From UHGV virus genome UHGV-1455077: DNA of 64,000 nucleotides. One strand, 5' to 3'. The DNA comes from a virus. The position numbers were made by a program, and so were the translations under genes. Shown here piece after piece: positions 9,878 to 19,785 of the stretch (its first letter is position 1; each line of letters opens with the position of its first letter). A model generated the notes under the pieces. The model saw only the letters and a program-made list of their open reading frames with translations, ran no database searches and was not told the DNA's origin.

Positions 9878-11224
9878 ATGAAATTTAATGATTATTTTAA
9901 ATTAAAAGATATAACGGTAAATGTTACAAATTCTTGTAATTTAAATTGTGTATATTGTTTTGAACATAATAAAAATGGAATGAAAATGTCTTCTGAAATG
10001 ATTGAAAAAATCATTGATGTTAGCTATAATAATTATTTAATAACAAATGAAACTAAATTTCCATTTGTTGTTAATTTTTTTGGTGGAGAACCATTTTTAG
10101 CATTTGATGTTATGGAACACGCTATGAAATATGCAAAAAATAAAAAATATCGTATTTCTTTTGGTGTTACAACTAATTTAACAATGCTTACAGACCATAT
10201 GATTGATGTTATTGAAGATTATGAGTTAGGTTTATTGGTATCTGTTGATGGAATAAAAAAAATACACGATAGAAATAGATGTAATTCTTATGATATTGTT
10301 ATGTCAAATTTAAATAAATTGATTGACCGAGGATTAAAGCATTTAGTTGAAGTTAGAATGACAGTTATGCCTGCTGATTTGAAAGATTTATTAACAGGTA
10401 TACAAGAATTATATAATATAGGAATTGATAATATTGCTCCTGTTCCAGTAACTGATACTGAATGGACAGATGCTGATTATATGAATTTACGAGATGAAAT
10501 GCATAAAATTTGGGAATGGGCATTTTCAATTTATAATGATGAAAATAATAAAAGAAATTTATCATTAAAATGTATTGATGATTATTTAGAAATGGTACTA
10601 AATCCAATCTTTTTAGTACCAGACCAACGAAAAGTTTGTACGGCTGGAACATTTTCTTCTTGTTCATTTGGTGTAACTGGGGATATTTTACCTTGTCATC
10701 AACGTCATACTATTTCAGACCATTATGATGAGTTAGTAATGGGCAATATTAATAATACTGATGAGATTAGAGAGGTTAATTTCAATAAACAAACAATTAT
10801 GAATGAAAATCATAATTGTGATGTATGTAATGCAAGAGCTGTATGTAAAGGTGGCTGTCCATCGGAAAATCTTACATTAAATAACGATGGTAATGTAATG
10901 AATGATGTTCAATGTAATGTATTAGCTTATATGGTTGATGTTGCAGAACAATTTCAATGGTATTTAATTAATGATAAAATTCCTAACATTCGTTCAAGAA
11001 AATTAAATATATTAAGTCAAAATGTTAAATTGTTAGACCATATAACAGATATTTTGCTAAATGAAAGAAGCATTAGGGAAAATGAGATTGAATTATTAAA
11101 ATTTTATGAAACTTTGGTTGATATGGAAGGAATTTTATTACCAAGTTTTAGAGAAGCTATAAATTATACTATTTCCCAGATGGTAAATATTATTGATGAA
11201 CAAATTAAAAATGAAGGTGTATAA
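9878..11224 (+). CDS. Radical SAM enzyme with C-terminal SPASM domain (rSAM-1)
   Basis: CNLNCVYC (CxxxCxxC) at aa 20-27; GGEPFL; C-terminal Cys clusters C..C..C / CDVCNARAVCKGGC typical of SPASM. Confidence 0.85.
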   Translation: MKFNDYFKLKDITVNVTNSCNLNCVYCFEHNKNGMKMSSEMIEKIIDVSYNNYLITNETKFPFVVNFFGGEPFLAFDVMEHAMKYAKNKKYRISFGVTTNLTMLTDHMIDVIEDYELGLLVSVDGIKKIHDRNRCNSYDIVMSNLNKLIDRGLKHLVEVRMTVMPADLKDLLTGIQELYNIGIDNIAPVPVTDTEWTDADYMNLRDEMHKIWEWAFSIYNDENNKRNLSLKCIDDYLEMVLNPIFLVPDQRKVCTAGTFSSCSFGVTGDILPCHQRHTISDHYDELVMGNINNTDEIREVNFNKQTIMNENHNCDVCNARAVCKGGCPSENLTLNNDGNVMNDVQCNVLAYMVDVAEQFQWYLINDKIPNIRSRKLNILSQNVKLLDHITDILLNERSIRENEIELLKFYETLVDMEGILLPSFREAINYTISQMVNIIDEQIKNEGV

Positions 11225-12042
11225 TGGCTGATAGTAATATTGTTAATAGACAAGTTTATCAAGATATTCGTGATACTTTTAAACAAAGAGCAATGAATTG
11301 GAATGGTGTATGGAAGGTATGGACAAATCAATCTCCTGATTGGGGTGGTCGTTGGGTATATGGATGGAAAGGAGTAAGAATCCAAATGTATGATACTATT
11401 CCAGAATCTGTCCGTGATAAAATTCAAAAAGAATATACTGGATTATCGGGTGAAGTTAATCAAGTTATTAATGAAGAATCTTCAAAAATTCATACTTTAG
11501 GAAATGAAAATAATATTAGAAGGGCTGTAATTCAATTAAATAATACAACTGATGCAAATATTGGTGTATATATTGGAAGTGAAAAATTACCAAAAATTGA
11601 AGTTAAAACTATTGGTACTGCTGGTAATTTTAATCCAGATGTTAATATTGCTAATACTTCTGATGATTATACTGTTAATAAATACAATACTTCATATGTT
11701 AGAGATATTCCAGCCAATAAAATTGTTAATACAACAACAGGACAGGAAGTTCCTTTAAATGCTGTTATCACTAAGGATATTAATCAAAAAACTCAAATGG
11801 AAGGTTCAACAAATCCAACTGAATCATCTCAAGCAGAAGGTATTGTTAAAAAATCTGATTATGAATTAATAAGAAGTGTATTAGAAAGAATTAAAGATTG
11901 TTTGATTCAAAAGAATTCTTGGTTTACTTATAATGGGATTTGTAGCCGTAGTTGTCAAATTAATTGTCAAAATAGATGTCAAGTAAGTTGTCAAGGTTGT
12001 AATACAAAACAATGTCACGACCAAAATTGTGGGAGTGTTTAA
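11224..12042 (+). CDS. Trp-rich protein with a CxxxC-periodic Cys-rich C-terminal tail (candidate rSAM substrate)
   Basis: 272 aa; TAATG overlap with rSAM-1; last 32 aa CSRSCQINCQNRCQVSCQGCNTKQCHDQNCGSV. Confidence 0.6.
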   Translation: MADSNIVNRQVYQDIRDTFKQRAMNWNGVWKVWTNQSPDWGGRWVYGWKGVRIQMYDTIPESVRDKIQKEYTGLSGEVNQVINEESSKIHTLGNENNIRRAVIQLNNTTDANIGVYIGSEKLPKIEVKTIGTAGNFNPDVNIANTSDDYTVNKYNTSYVRDIPANKIVNTTTGQEVPLNAVITKDINQKTQMEGSTNPTESSQAEGIVKKSDYELIRSVLERIKDCLIQKNSWFTYNGICSRSCQINCQNRCQVSCQGCNTKQCHDQNCGSV

Positions 12043-12045
12043 TTT

Positions 12046-13242
12046 ATGGAATTATTTGAAAAAATTACACGTATTGCAGTTAAACTTTATTCAGGTTGCA
12101 ATATGAAATGTTGTTATTGCTTTCAACCATATAATGATAAAATTAAACCACGAATTTTTTCTGATTATGATAATTTATATAAATTTGTTAAATCTTTGCC
12201 GTTATCTGATATTGTAATTGTTACATTAGTTGGTGGAGAGGTAACATTAAGACCTGATTTAGTAAAACTTTGTATTAAAAAAGTATTTAAAAGAATTGAG
12301 AGAGAACAAGATGTAACTTTTCATTGTGCAACTATTTCCAATGGAACTAATTTAGATATTTTACTTGATTTATGTAATGAAAATTATTTTTATTCTAAAC
12401 ATTGCTGTATTTCTTGGGATGGTTTATTTTCATCAAGTTTATCAAGAAAGATAAATGGAAAATATGATGATGAATATTTTAAAAATATGATACTACAATT
12501 GGGTAAATCTGAATACAATGATAAAATTTCCATAGTTCACGCTTTAACACCTGAAACTTTACCATATTTGGCTGATAGTTTTAAGTTTTGTTTTGATAAT
12601 AATGTTTTAAGTTTGGGTTATTATTATATTCACGAAGCAAATTATAATAGTGATTATATATATAAAGAATTTGAAAAACAAATTAGAAAAATTTGTGATA
12701 TGTATATTCAAAATGATAAAATTAATTTTTATAATTGGGTTAATTATTTTCAACGAAGAAGAAATCCTGATAATTTTTTTACTTGTGTAAAATTAGGAAA
12801 TAATTATTTTATTAATCCAGAAGGAGAAATTTATCCTTGTATTTATTTAGGAGACCATAAAGCATATAACCTTGGTAATATTAAAGATGGAATTGATTTA
12901 AATAAACAAAATGAATTTGTTAAGGAATATTATCATTATCCATTATGCAAATATAAAACTTGTAAATGTTATCAATGTTCTGAATGTCCTGCGGCTAATT
13001 ATGTTAATAATGGAAGTTTACATAAAAGATTTGAAGGGGCGTGTGAATTATATAAAATTGAAAATAAAGTTTTTGAAGAATATTATGAAAAAATAAAAAA
13101 TAATATAATGTTTAATAATGAATATTTAAATGAAATGTTGCCAACTTATGATTTGAATAAATTTACTGAATGTGATTTTGAATTTCATTATTCAGAATCC
13201 AAATCTCCAAATTTGAATATTGTTCAACAATGGAATAAATGA
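12046..13242 (+). CDS. Radical SAM/SPASM enzyme (rSAM-2)
   Basis: CNMKCCYC cluster; GGEVTL; C-terminal CKYKTCKCYQCSECPAAN SPASM-like Cys cluster. Confidence 0.85.
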   Translation: MELFEKITRIAVKLYSGCNMKCCYCFQPYNDKIKPRIFSDYDNLYKFVKSLPLSDIVIVTLVGGEVTLRPDLVKLCIKKVFKRIEREQDVTFHCATISNGTNLDILLDLCNENYFYSKHCCISWDGLFSSSLSRKINGKYDDEYFKNMILQLGKSEYNDKISIVHALTPETLPYLADSFKFCFDNNVLSLGYYYIHEANYNSDYIYKEFEKQIRKICDMYIQNDKINFYNWVNYFQRRRNPDNFFTCVKLGNNYFINPEGEIYPCIYLGDHKAYNLGNIKDGIDLNKQNEFVKEYYHYPLCKYKTCKCYQCSECPAANYVNNGSLHKRFEGACELYKIENKVFEEYYEKIKNNIMFNNEYLNEMLPTYDLNKFTECDFEFHYSESKSPNLNIVQQWNK

Positions 13243-13243
13243 A

Positions 13244-14401
13244 ATGAAGAAAACAACTTTACCGCCAATGATAAATCATTGTTTTTTGATGTTATCTGAA
13301 CAATGTAATTTAAGATGTAAGTATTGTTATATTCAAGGGAGAGATAATCCATATACTATTGATATTTCGGTAATGGAAAAAATTAAAAAAATGTTTACTT
13401 GCTATAATAAGCCACGAATTATATTTTTTGGTGGAGAACCATTATTAAGAGTGAATTTAATTAAAGAAATTGTTAAAAAATATAAAGATGATTTTCAATA
13501 TCAAGTTGTTACAAATGGAACAGTAAATTTTAATGAATTTATGGATGAAGTATATCAACCATTTAATCATATTTTTGATGTTCAAATTTCGTGGGATGGT
13601 AATATTGATACTCGTAAATCTGTAACTAATAAGATTACAAATAATATTGTATATGATAATATTATTACTCAATTAAAAAAAGGGTATAGATTAGAAGGAA
13701 GATGTGTTTTAGATGAAACATCAGTAAAAAATTTTTTTGAAACTTACAAAATATTTAAAGATTTACATCATACATATAAATTTAGTGGAGATTTTACAAT
13801 AGCTCATCAGCCCCAATTTAAAGAATCATATTGGAATGATTTGGAAGTTCAATTAAATTTGATTTTTTCTGATATTAAAAATAATTTAGTTAATGATAAT
13901 AAAATTTATATTCCACGATTTTTATATAAAAACATTACTAATGTTATTGAAAATAAGCCAGTAATATCTTGTGATGTTGGAAATTATGTTGTTATCCGTC
14001 CAAATGGAGATATATATCCTTGTACTATTTTATCGCAAATAGATGAAAGATTTAAAATGGGGAATATCAATGATGAAATTGATACAGAAATTATAGACGA
14101 TTTAAAATATAAATCATCTTGTAAAAAAGAATGTGAATATAAATCTATATGTGATGGTGGTTGTCGTTATGAAAGAATAAAAAATTTTTCAAATAGTTGG
14201 AAAGAAAATATATGCCCATTTACTTGTGAAATTTATAAGGTTATTTATGAATGTACAAACAAATTTTTAAATTCATTAGATGCTGACCAACAGAATAAAT
14301 TGTATGAACTGATTACTCAATATAATTTATGGAGTATTGATTATTGTAATGGTAGTTCAAAATTAAATAAAGATGACGGAATGATAAAATTAAATGTATA
14401 A
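13244..14401 (+). CDS. Radical SAM/SPASM enzyme (rSAM-3)
   Basis: ATG at 13244, 1 nt after rSAM-2 stop (the ORF track starts at an upstream TTG); CNLRCKYC cluster; GGEPLL; C-terminal CKKECEYKSICDGGC. Confidence 0.85.
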   Translation: MKKTTLPPMINHCFLMLSEQCNLRCKYCYIQGRDNPYTIDISVMEKIKKMFTCYNKPRIIFFGGEPLLRVNLIKEIVKKYKDDFQYQVVTNGTVNFNEFMDEVYQPFNHIFDVQISWDGNIDTRKSVTNKITNNIVYDNIITQLKKGYRLEGRCVLDETSVKNFFETYKIFKDLHHTYKFSGDFTIAHQPQFKESYWNDLEVQLNLIFSDIKNNLVNDNKIYIPRFLYKNITNVIENKPVISCDVGNYVVIRPNGDIYPCTILSQIDERFKMGNINDEIDTEIIDDLKYKSSCKKECEYKSICDGGCRYERIKNFSNSWKENICPFTCEIYKVIYECTNKFLNSLDADQQNKLYELITQYNLWSIDYCNGSSKLNKDDGMIKLNV

Positions 14402-14428
14402 ATAATTTATATATTTTAAGGAAATAAA

Positions 14429-15571
14429 ATGATAATTTTTATGCCAGAACGTGTTTATGAATATTTTAAAAATGATGATTTTTTAAATGAAAAAATTAAA
14501 GAAATTAGTAATAAAGTTTATAATGAATCTCAACATTATGATTTAAAAAATTTTTTAAGTATTGATGAACATATTTTTGATGAAGTTAATCAATATATGT
14601 TGAATAATGTTTCAGATGAATTGCGTGATGAATTAAATATTTGCTTAAATGGTTATAATCAAAAAGCTAATTTATTTGCTAAGAATATTGAAAAATATGA
14701 TATTGAAACTCAAATATATTTAATGTATATGCTTAATGATGGAGATATGAGTCCGTCAGAAGATTTATTTAATAGATATAAACGAATTAATGAATTATAT
14801 GAACAAAATGATTTAAATTTTTCGGCTTTTATACATACCATTTATTATTTTACAAATTTATATTTACAATGGGTTGATAGTGATAATTTGAAAAAAATTA
14901 ATGAAAATGGATTTTTTTCATATCAAGAAGTGAAAAAAATGTTAAGCTATGAAGATACATTATTTTCTAAAATGAAAAATAAAGTAAATTCTGAACAATA
15001 TTTTAATATTTTATTTCATAAACGAATTCAAATGATGTATCTTTTTATGTTGTTTATTGGACAATTTAGTGAAAATTTTGATGATGTCGTTGAATTAATT
15101 ATTAGAAAAATTTATGATAATAGATTTAAATATGATAATTTTAATTATTTAAAATTGGCAATTAATCATATCTTTTTTCAAACATATTTTGATAAAGGAG
15201 ATTTTACTAAAGCTAAGAAATATTTAATGTATAATATATCTATGATTAATTATGGATTTGCTCATAAATTTGAAATGGTTAAAGCATTAAACCATTTTAA
15301 TAAGATTTTTAGTAAAGAATTTTGTAATTATTTGTTTTTCTTATATACAATGATTCGTGTTTATATTCCAAGTTTACAAAAAGAATTTAATATTTTAAAT
15401 AGTGAAAATGCCACGGAATTTGAAAAGAGATTGTTATTTGGTAAATTGCAAGATGATGAAAAAATGTTCGGTTTAGATTTAAATCCAAATGAATGGTTAT
15501 CTTTTAAATGGTGTCAACTTAATAAAAGTTCGTTTGATTATTTTAATAAAAATGTTGACAATTTATCTTAA
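14429..15571 (+). CDS. Hypothetical protein
   Basis: 380-aa ORF immediately downstream of the rSAM operon. Confidence 0.5.
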   Translation: MIIFMPERVYEYFKNDDFLNEKIKEISNKVYNESQHYDLKNFLSIDEHIFDEVNQYMLNNVSDELRDELNICLNGYNQKANLFAKNIEKYDIETQIYLMYMLNDGDMSPSEDLFNRYKRINELYEQNDLNFSAFIHTIYYFTNLYLQWVDSDNLKKINENGFFSYQEVKKMLSYEDTLFSKMKNKVNSEQYFNILFHKRIQMMYLFMLFIGQFSENFDDVVELIIRKIYDNRFKYDNFNYLKLAINHIFFQTYFDKGDFTKAKKYLMYNISMINYGFAHKFEMVKALNHFNKIFSKEFCNYLFFLYTMIRVYIPSLQKEFNILNSENATEFEKRLLFGKLQDDEKMFGLDLNPNEWLSFKWCQLNKSSFDYFNKNVDNLS

Positions 15572-15583
15572 ATAATTTATAAT
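15555..15583 (+). promoter_or_regulatory. Sigma70-type promoter TTGACA-N17-TATAAT upstream of the DNA ligase gene
   Basis: TTGACA at 15555-15560, 17-nt spacer, TATAAT at 15578-15583; ATG at 15616. Confidence 0.6.
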
Positions 15584-15615
15584 CTTCATAAAAAATAATT
15601 TATGGAGATTTTTTT

Positions 15616-17550
15616 ATGAAAACTTTAATTGATATTTTAAGAGTTTGTTCTGATTATTATACAAATACAGGCGATTACTATATTTTTGATGATGAAGATA
15701 AACTAATTTTACAAGAATATGGTATTGAAGCAGATATTTCAACAGATGATGTATATGATAGTTTATATGATATTGGAAAAAAGTTTTATCCTAATGATAT
15801 TTTCTTTTTGTCTATTGGTTCTGAAGTTAGAGGTGATAAAGTTAAATTGCCAATACCGCTTGGTTCAATGACAGAATGTAAAGAAGATGAACTATTAAAA
15901 TGGATTTCTCCGAATGAAAAATATATGGTATCAGCTAAATTAGATGGATGCTCTTGTTTATGTTGTTATGAAAATGGACAGTTAAAAATTGCTTATTCTC
16001 GTGGTGATGGAGAAAATGGGCAAGATATTACTCGCATTATTAACACTTTTGAAAATTCGATTACTTCTTTAAAAATTCCTGATAATGTTATGATACGTGG
16101 TGAAGTTATTGTTTCTAAAGAAAATATTCCATTGATGATTGATGAATTATATAAAGAAACTCATTATCGTTATAAAAATGGTCGTAATACTGTTGCTGGT
16201 CAATTAAACTCAAAAGTGTGTGCAAAAACATTTTCAAAATATGCCCATTTTGTAGCTTATAAAATTATGAATTTTAATGGTTCAGAAGAAGAAATGTTTC
16301 AAAAACTTGAAGAATATGGTTTAGAAACGGCACAACATTCAATGGTTGATGGTCAGTATGTAACCGAACAAAGTGCTAAATTAGGTGTTCAATCAGTTAG
16401 AGATGACTATGAATATGAATGTGATGGAATTATTTTTACTGTTAATCGTAAATCTGAAAATTATAATGGTTATGAAACAAGTACATATAATCCAAAGGAA
16501 TCTCGTAAATTTAAAGTTGGAGCAGTAGTTAATTCTGCTGAAACCGAAGTAGAATTTGTTGAGTGGAATGTTTCTAAAAATGCTTTGTTAAATCCACGCA
16601 TTAAAGTTAAACCAGTAGATATTAATGGTGTAACTATTGATTGGGTAACTGGACATAATTATAAAAATATTGTTGATAATAAAATCGGTCAAGGTGCAAA
16701 GATTGTAATTACTCGGCGTGGAGATGTTATACCATATGTTGAAAAAGTTATTTCTCCGTGTGAAGAAGATAAGTTAGGAATTCCAACAATTGACCGTTCA
16801 ATGTGGGATACAACAGAAAATGGTGTATTTGCATTTTATTATGAAGGAACTAATGATGAATTAGATAGAATTGTTTCTTTACAACGATTAGTATACTTTT
16901 GTAATAAATTAAATGTTAAATTTGCTGGAGAAGGTAATTTAACAAGAATTATGAATTTTACTGAATTAAATACAATGAGTCCTTATAATTTAATTAATTT
17001 GCCTGCATCAGTTTTTACACAAACTATTGGAATTAATGGAATTAAATTATATGCTTCTTTACACGAGTGTCTTAAAAAAGCAACAATTCAGCAATTAATG
17101 GATGCTGTTGGAGCATTTGGTGATGGTATTGGTGAACTTAAACTTAATAGAATTGTTGACACTTATGGTGAATTAATATATGATAGAGATAAAATTATGC
17201 AGGTTGATGGTTGGTCGGATATTTCAGCAGACCAATATTGTTCAAGATATGCAGTTTATTTGAATTGGTGTGAGAAATTTCGTTCATCTGGAATTGAATT
17301 AAAGTATGCAGAAGTTCAAATTCAATCTGAAAAATTTAAAAATATTATTGCTTGTTTTACTGGGATTAGAGATAAGGAAATGGAATATAATATTGTTTCG
17401 GGTGGCGGAAAAATTGTAACATCTGTAACAAAAATATGTAATTTGTTAATTACAAAAGAAAATAATAGCACTTCATCAAAAGCTGAAAAAGCAAGAGAAA
17501 AAGGTATTGAAATCATTTCTTATGATGAAGCTGTAAAAAGATTTAAATAA
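15616..17550 (+). CDS. ligA: NAD-dependent DNA ligase (LigA type, with HhH and BRCT)
   Basis: Adenylation motif KLDG and LigA motif SRGDGENGQDIT; C-terminal BRCT-like region; 644 aa. Confidence 0.8.
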   Translation: MKTLIDILRVCSDYYTNTGDYYIFDDEDKLILQEYGIEADISTDDVYDSLYDIGKKFYPNDIFFLSIGSEVRGDKVKLPIPLGSMTECKEDELLKWISPNEKYMVSAKLDGCSCLCCYENGQLKIAYSRGDGENGQDITRIINTFENSITSLKIPDNVMIRGEVIVSKENIPLMIDELYKETHYRYKNGRNTVAGQLNSKVCAKTFSKYAHFVAYKIMNFNGSEEEMFQKLEEYGLETAQHSMVDGQYVTEQSAKLGVQSVRDDYEYECDGIIFTVNRKSENYNGYETSTYNPKESRKFKVGAVVNSAETEVEFVEWNVSKNALLNPRIKVKPVDINGVTIDWVTGHNYKNIVDNKIGQGAKIVITRRGDVIPYVEKVISPCEEDKLGIPTIDRSMWDTTENGVFAFYYEGTNDELDRIVSLQRLVYFCNKLNVKFAGEGNLTRIMNFTELNTMSPYNLINLPASVFTQTIGINGIKLYASLHECLKKATIQQLMDAVGAFGDGIGELKLNRIVDTYGELIYDRDKIMQVDGWSDISADQYCSRYAVYLNWCEKFRSSGIELKYAEVQIQSEKFKNIIACFTGIRDKEMEYNIVSGGGKIVTSVTKICNLLITKENNSTSSKAEKAREKGIEIISYDEAVKRFK

Positions 17551-17554
17551 TCTA

Positions 17555-17582
17555 TTGACAAAATAAAAATTTATGTTACATT
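17555..17582 (+). promoter_or_regulatory. Candidate sigma70-type promoter TTGACA-N16-TACATT
   Basis: TTGACA at 17555-17560; weak -10. Confidence 0.3.
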
Positions 17583-17619
17583 AAACCTATCAATTTATTT
17601 TTGATAGGTTTAATTTATT
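17583..17619 (+). terminator. Rho-independent terminator after ligA
   Basis: 11-bp stem AAACCTATCAA/TTGATAGGTTT, 7-nt loop, then an A/T-rich tract. Confidence 0.5.
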
Positions 17620-17634
17620 AAATTGAGGTATAAA

Positions 17635-18087
17635 ATGACAGATGGATTTATAAAATTATTTGAAGAACTTGATGAATGCTATAGTGATTTTATAGAATTT
17701 GAAGAATTTGAATATAATGAAAATCTTATGAATGAAGTTTATTTTATGCTTGACTATTTAAATAGTTATAATATTGATTTAACTAAGTATGAAATTAATG
17801 ATTTTGAAAGTGATGATGGAGAAAAAGTCGGTGTTGAATATTGGATGAAAAATAAAAAAGAATCTTGGGTTCTTGGAATTCTTATTCACGAACAAGATTT
17901 AAATAGTAGTTTGATTGAAGTTTCTTTTGTCAATGATGCAATTGTTGATGTTTATACAATTGAAATTAATAAAAAAAATTGTTTAAATATTGTTGAAATT
18001 GTTAAAGATATTGAGGAATTATTTCAAAAAAGAAATAAGAGAAACTTAAAAAAATATCTTAAAAGTAAAAATGCGAGTATATTATAA
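17635..18087 (+). CDS. Hypothetical acidic protein
   Basis: ATG at 17635 with GAGG RBS (ORF track starts at TTG 17623); 150 aa. Confidence 0.45.
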   Translation: MTDGFIKLFEELDECYSDFIEFEEFEYNENLMNEVYFMLDYLNSYNIDLTKYEINDFESDDGEKVGVEYWMKNKKESWVLGILIHEQDLNSSLIEVSFVNDAIVDVYTIEINKKNCLNIVEIVKDIEELFQKRNKRNLKKYLKSKNASIL

Positions 18088-18671
18088 TGAAACATTTAAA
18101 AACTAAAATATCATTTTTTGATATTGATGAAACAATTTTTCATACACACGCTCTGATTAATGTTATGAAAAATGAACAAATCATTAAGAAATTGACCAAT
18201 AAAGAATTTAATACATATAAATTACAGGATGGAGAAAGTTTTGATTTTTCTGAATTTAGAGATTCATCTGTTTTTTATAATACATCTGAACCTATTAATA
18301 ATGTTATTAAATTGGTTAAACGATATATTGATAATATTAAAGGTAATGATAGAGTTATTTTTCTGACAGCTCGTGAAGATTTTAAAGATAAAAATAAATT
18401 CTTAGAAACATTTAGAAAATATGGAATCAATATAGACCATCCAAATGTATATGTTGAAAGAAGTGGTAATTTAAAATTTATTGAGAAAGTTCATCAACGA
18501 AAAAATTTTATTGTTCGTAAGTATCTTAAAACGAAACTATATACTGATGTTAAAATGTATGATGATAGTCATAATAATTTATCTAATTTTATGATGTTAC
18601 AAAAGTCATTTCCTAAATGTAATTTTAATGCTATTCAAGTAATTGGAAATGGTAAATTAAAGAAATTTTAG
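18087..18671 (+). CDS. HAD-superfamily phosphatase (possible nucleotidase)
   Basis: Motif I FFDIDETIF (DxDxT); motif II VIFLTAR; 194 aa. Confidence 0.5.
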   Translation: MKHLKTKISFFDIDETIFHTHALINVMKNEQIIKKLTNKEFNTYKLQDGESFDFSEFRDSSVFYNTSEPINNVIKLVKRYIDNIKGNDRVIFLTAREDFKDKNKFLETFRKYGINIDHPNVYVERSGNLKFIEKVHQRKNFIVRKYLKTKLYTDVKMYDDSHNNLSNFMMLQKSFPKCNFNAIQVIGNGKLKKF

Positions 18672-19036
18672 TATCCACACGCATACCACCATCCAGTTGC
18701 ATTGTATGAACCTGAACGACTAAAAGTTATTTGATGGTTATTGACAATTGATACTCTTAAATTAACAGAATTTGAATCATTTCTAATTGCTATGCATATT
18801 GTATAATTAGTATTAGAAAATGCTTTATGAATTGTTTTAGTTTCTGTATTTATTGTATTAGTTCCTAAAAAACCACCTTGTTCAATCCAGCCATCTGACC
18901 AAACACGATACCATTCAGTTCCTTCATTCCAAGTTTCCACAACATATTTCATTGAATTAAGTTTATCAGTTACTTCTTCAAGTTTATCAAGTAATCCATT
19001 AATTCGTTCCATATCAATTTTTGAAACATCAGTCAT
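18668..19036 (-). CDS. Hypothetical protein
   Basis: 122 aa; GGAG RBS; 5' leader hairpin directly abuts the SD. Confidence 0.45.
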   Translation of the reverse strand: MTDVSKIDMERINGLLDKLEEVTDKLNSMKYVVETWNEGTEWYRVWSDGWIEQGGFLGTNTINTETKTIHKAFSNTNYTICIAIRNDSNSVNLRVSIVNNHQITFSRSGSYNATGWWYACGY

Positions 19037-19047
19037 ACATTATCTCC

Positions 19048-19078
19048 TTTGAAGAATATTTAATAAATATTCTTCAAA
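19048..19078. promoter_or_regulatory. 13-bp perfect hairpin, either a +strand terminator or a leader structure abutting the SD of minus gene 18668-19036
   Basis: TTTGAAGAATATT-TAATA-AATATTCTTCAAA; on + strand followed by CTTTATTTTTG; on - strand ends 1 nt before GGAG. Confidence 0.45.
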
Positions 19079-19117
19079 CTTTATTTTTGTTAGAATCAAT
19101 TTTTTAAAAAAATGGGT

Positions 19118-19125
19118 TATAAATA
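19118..19125 (+). promoter_or_regulatory. Exact T4-late consensus TATAAATA upstream of ORF 19165
   Basis: GGGTTATAAATATTTTT; 39 nt to ATG; AAGGAG RBS. Confidence 0.45.
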
Positions 19126-19164
19126 TTTTTATAACAAAATTAAGTTTATTCAAGGAGAAAAAAT

Positions 19165-19785
19165 ATGAGCGGTATAATTAATCCAGAAACTGGTAAGCCT
19201 TTAAGACATTATGCACAGGATTTGGTTACAAGAGCAAGATATATTATCATTTCTTTACAGAATGATACTGATAAAGATACTTGTTCAGTAGTTGATATTG
19301 ATGCATTGGATTCAGATACACGTGCTGAATTAGTTAATTTGGTTAATAGTGAGGAATGCCAGCATCAACCAGAAATTTGGAAAGTTTTAGATAGAAAATA
19401 TTTTATGAATTATCCAAAGCAGACAATGTTGAAAGTTTTAAGAGGATTAAAACAGATTAGAATTGTTAAGTCTGCACAAGTTGCAATTCAATGCCCAGAT
19501 GATGTTGTTAGAACACCAAAAGATATTATTGAAGGTTTGAATGTTTATTATGCAACAAAAGCAAATCAAGGAAAAATTGGTATGTCTAATCCATATATGC
19601 CAACCGAGATGATGCAGACAGCTCCAGTTCAGGCACTTCCAACAGCTATTGACAATCAACCAGCAAATGATTCTGAAATTAAAGAAATTAAAGAAGAAAT
19701 GACTCAAATTAAAGAAACAGTTGGTGCATTAACGACATCAATTTCTGAATTAGTAAAGGCTTTATCAGAATCTAAAAAAGGTTAA
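19165..19785 (+). CDS. Hypothetical protein
   Basis: 206 aa; AAGGAG RBS. Confidence 0.45.
   Translation: MSGIINPETGKPLRHYAQDLVTRARYIIISLQNDTDKDTCSVVDIDALDSDTRAELVNLVNSEECQHQPEIWKVLDRKYFMNYPKQTMLKVLRGLKQIRIVKSAQVAIQCPDDVVRTPKDIIEGLNVYYATKANQGKIGMSNPYMPTEMMQTAPVQALPTAIDNQPANDSEIKEIKEEMTQIKETVGALTTSISELVKALSESKKG

Noticed and set aside
13220-13243. TTG start for rSAM-3
   Set aside because: ATG at 13244 lies 1 nt after the upstream stop and is the simpler coupled start.
15616-17550. ATP-dependent (T4 gp30-like) ligase call
   Set aside because: The motifs are those of NAD-dependent LigA (KLDG plus SRGDGxxGxDIT, HhH, BRCT), not the ATP-ligase KxDG...DGxV set.
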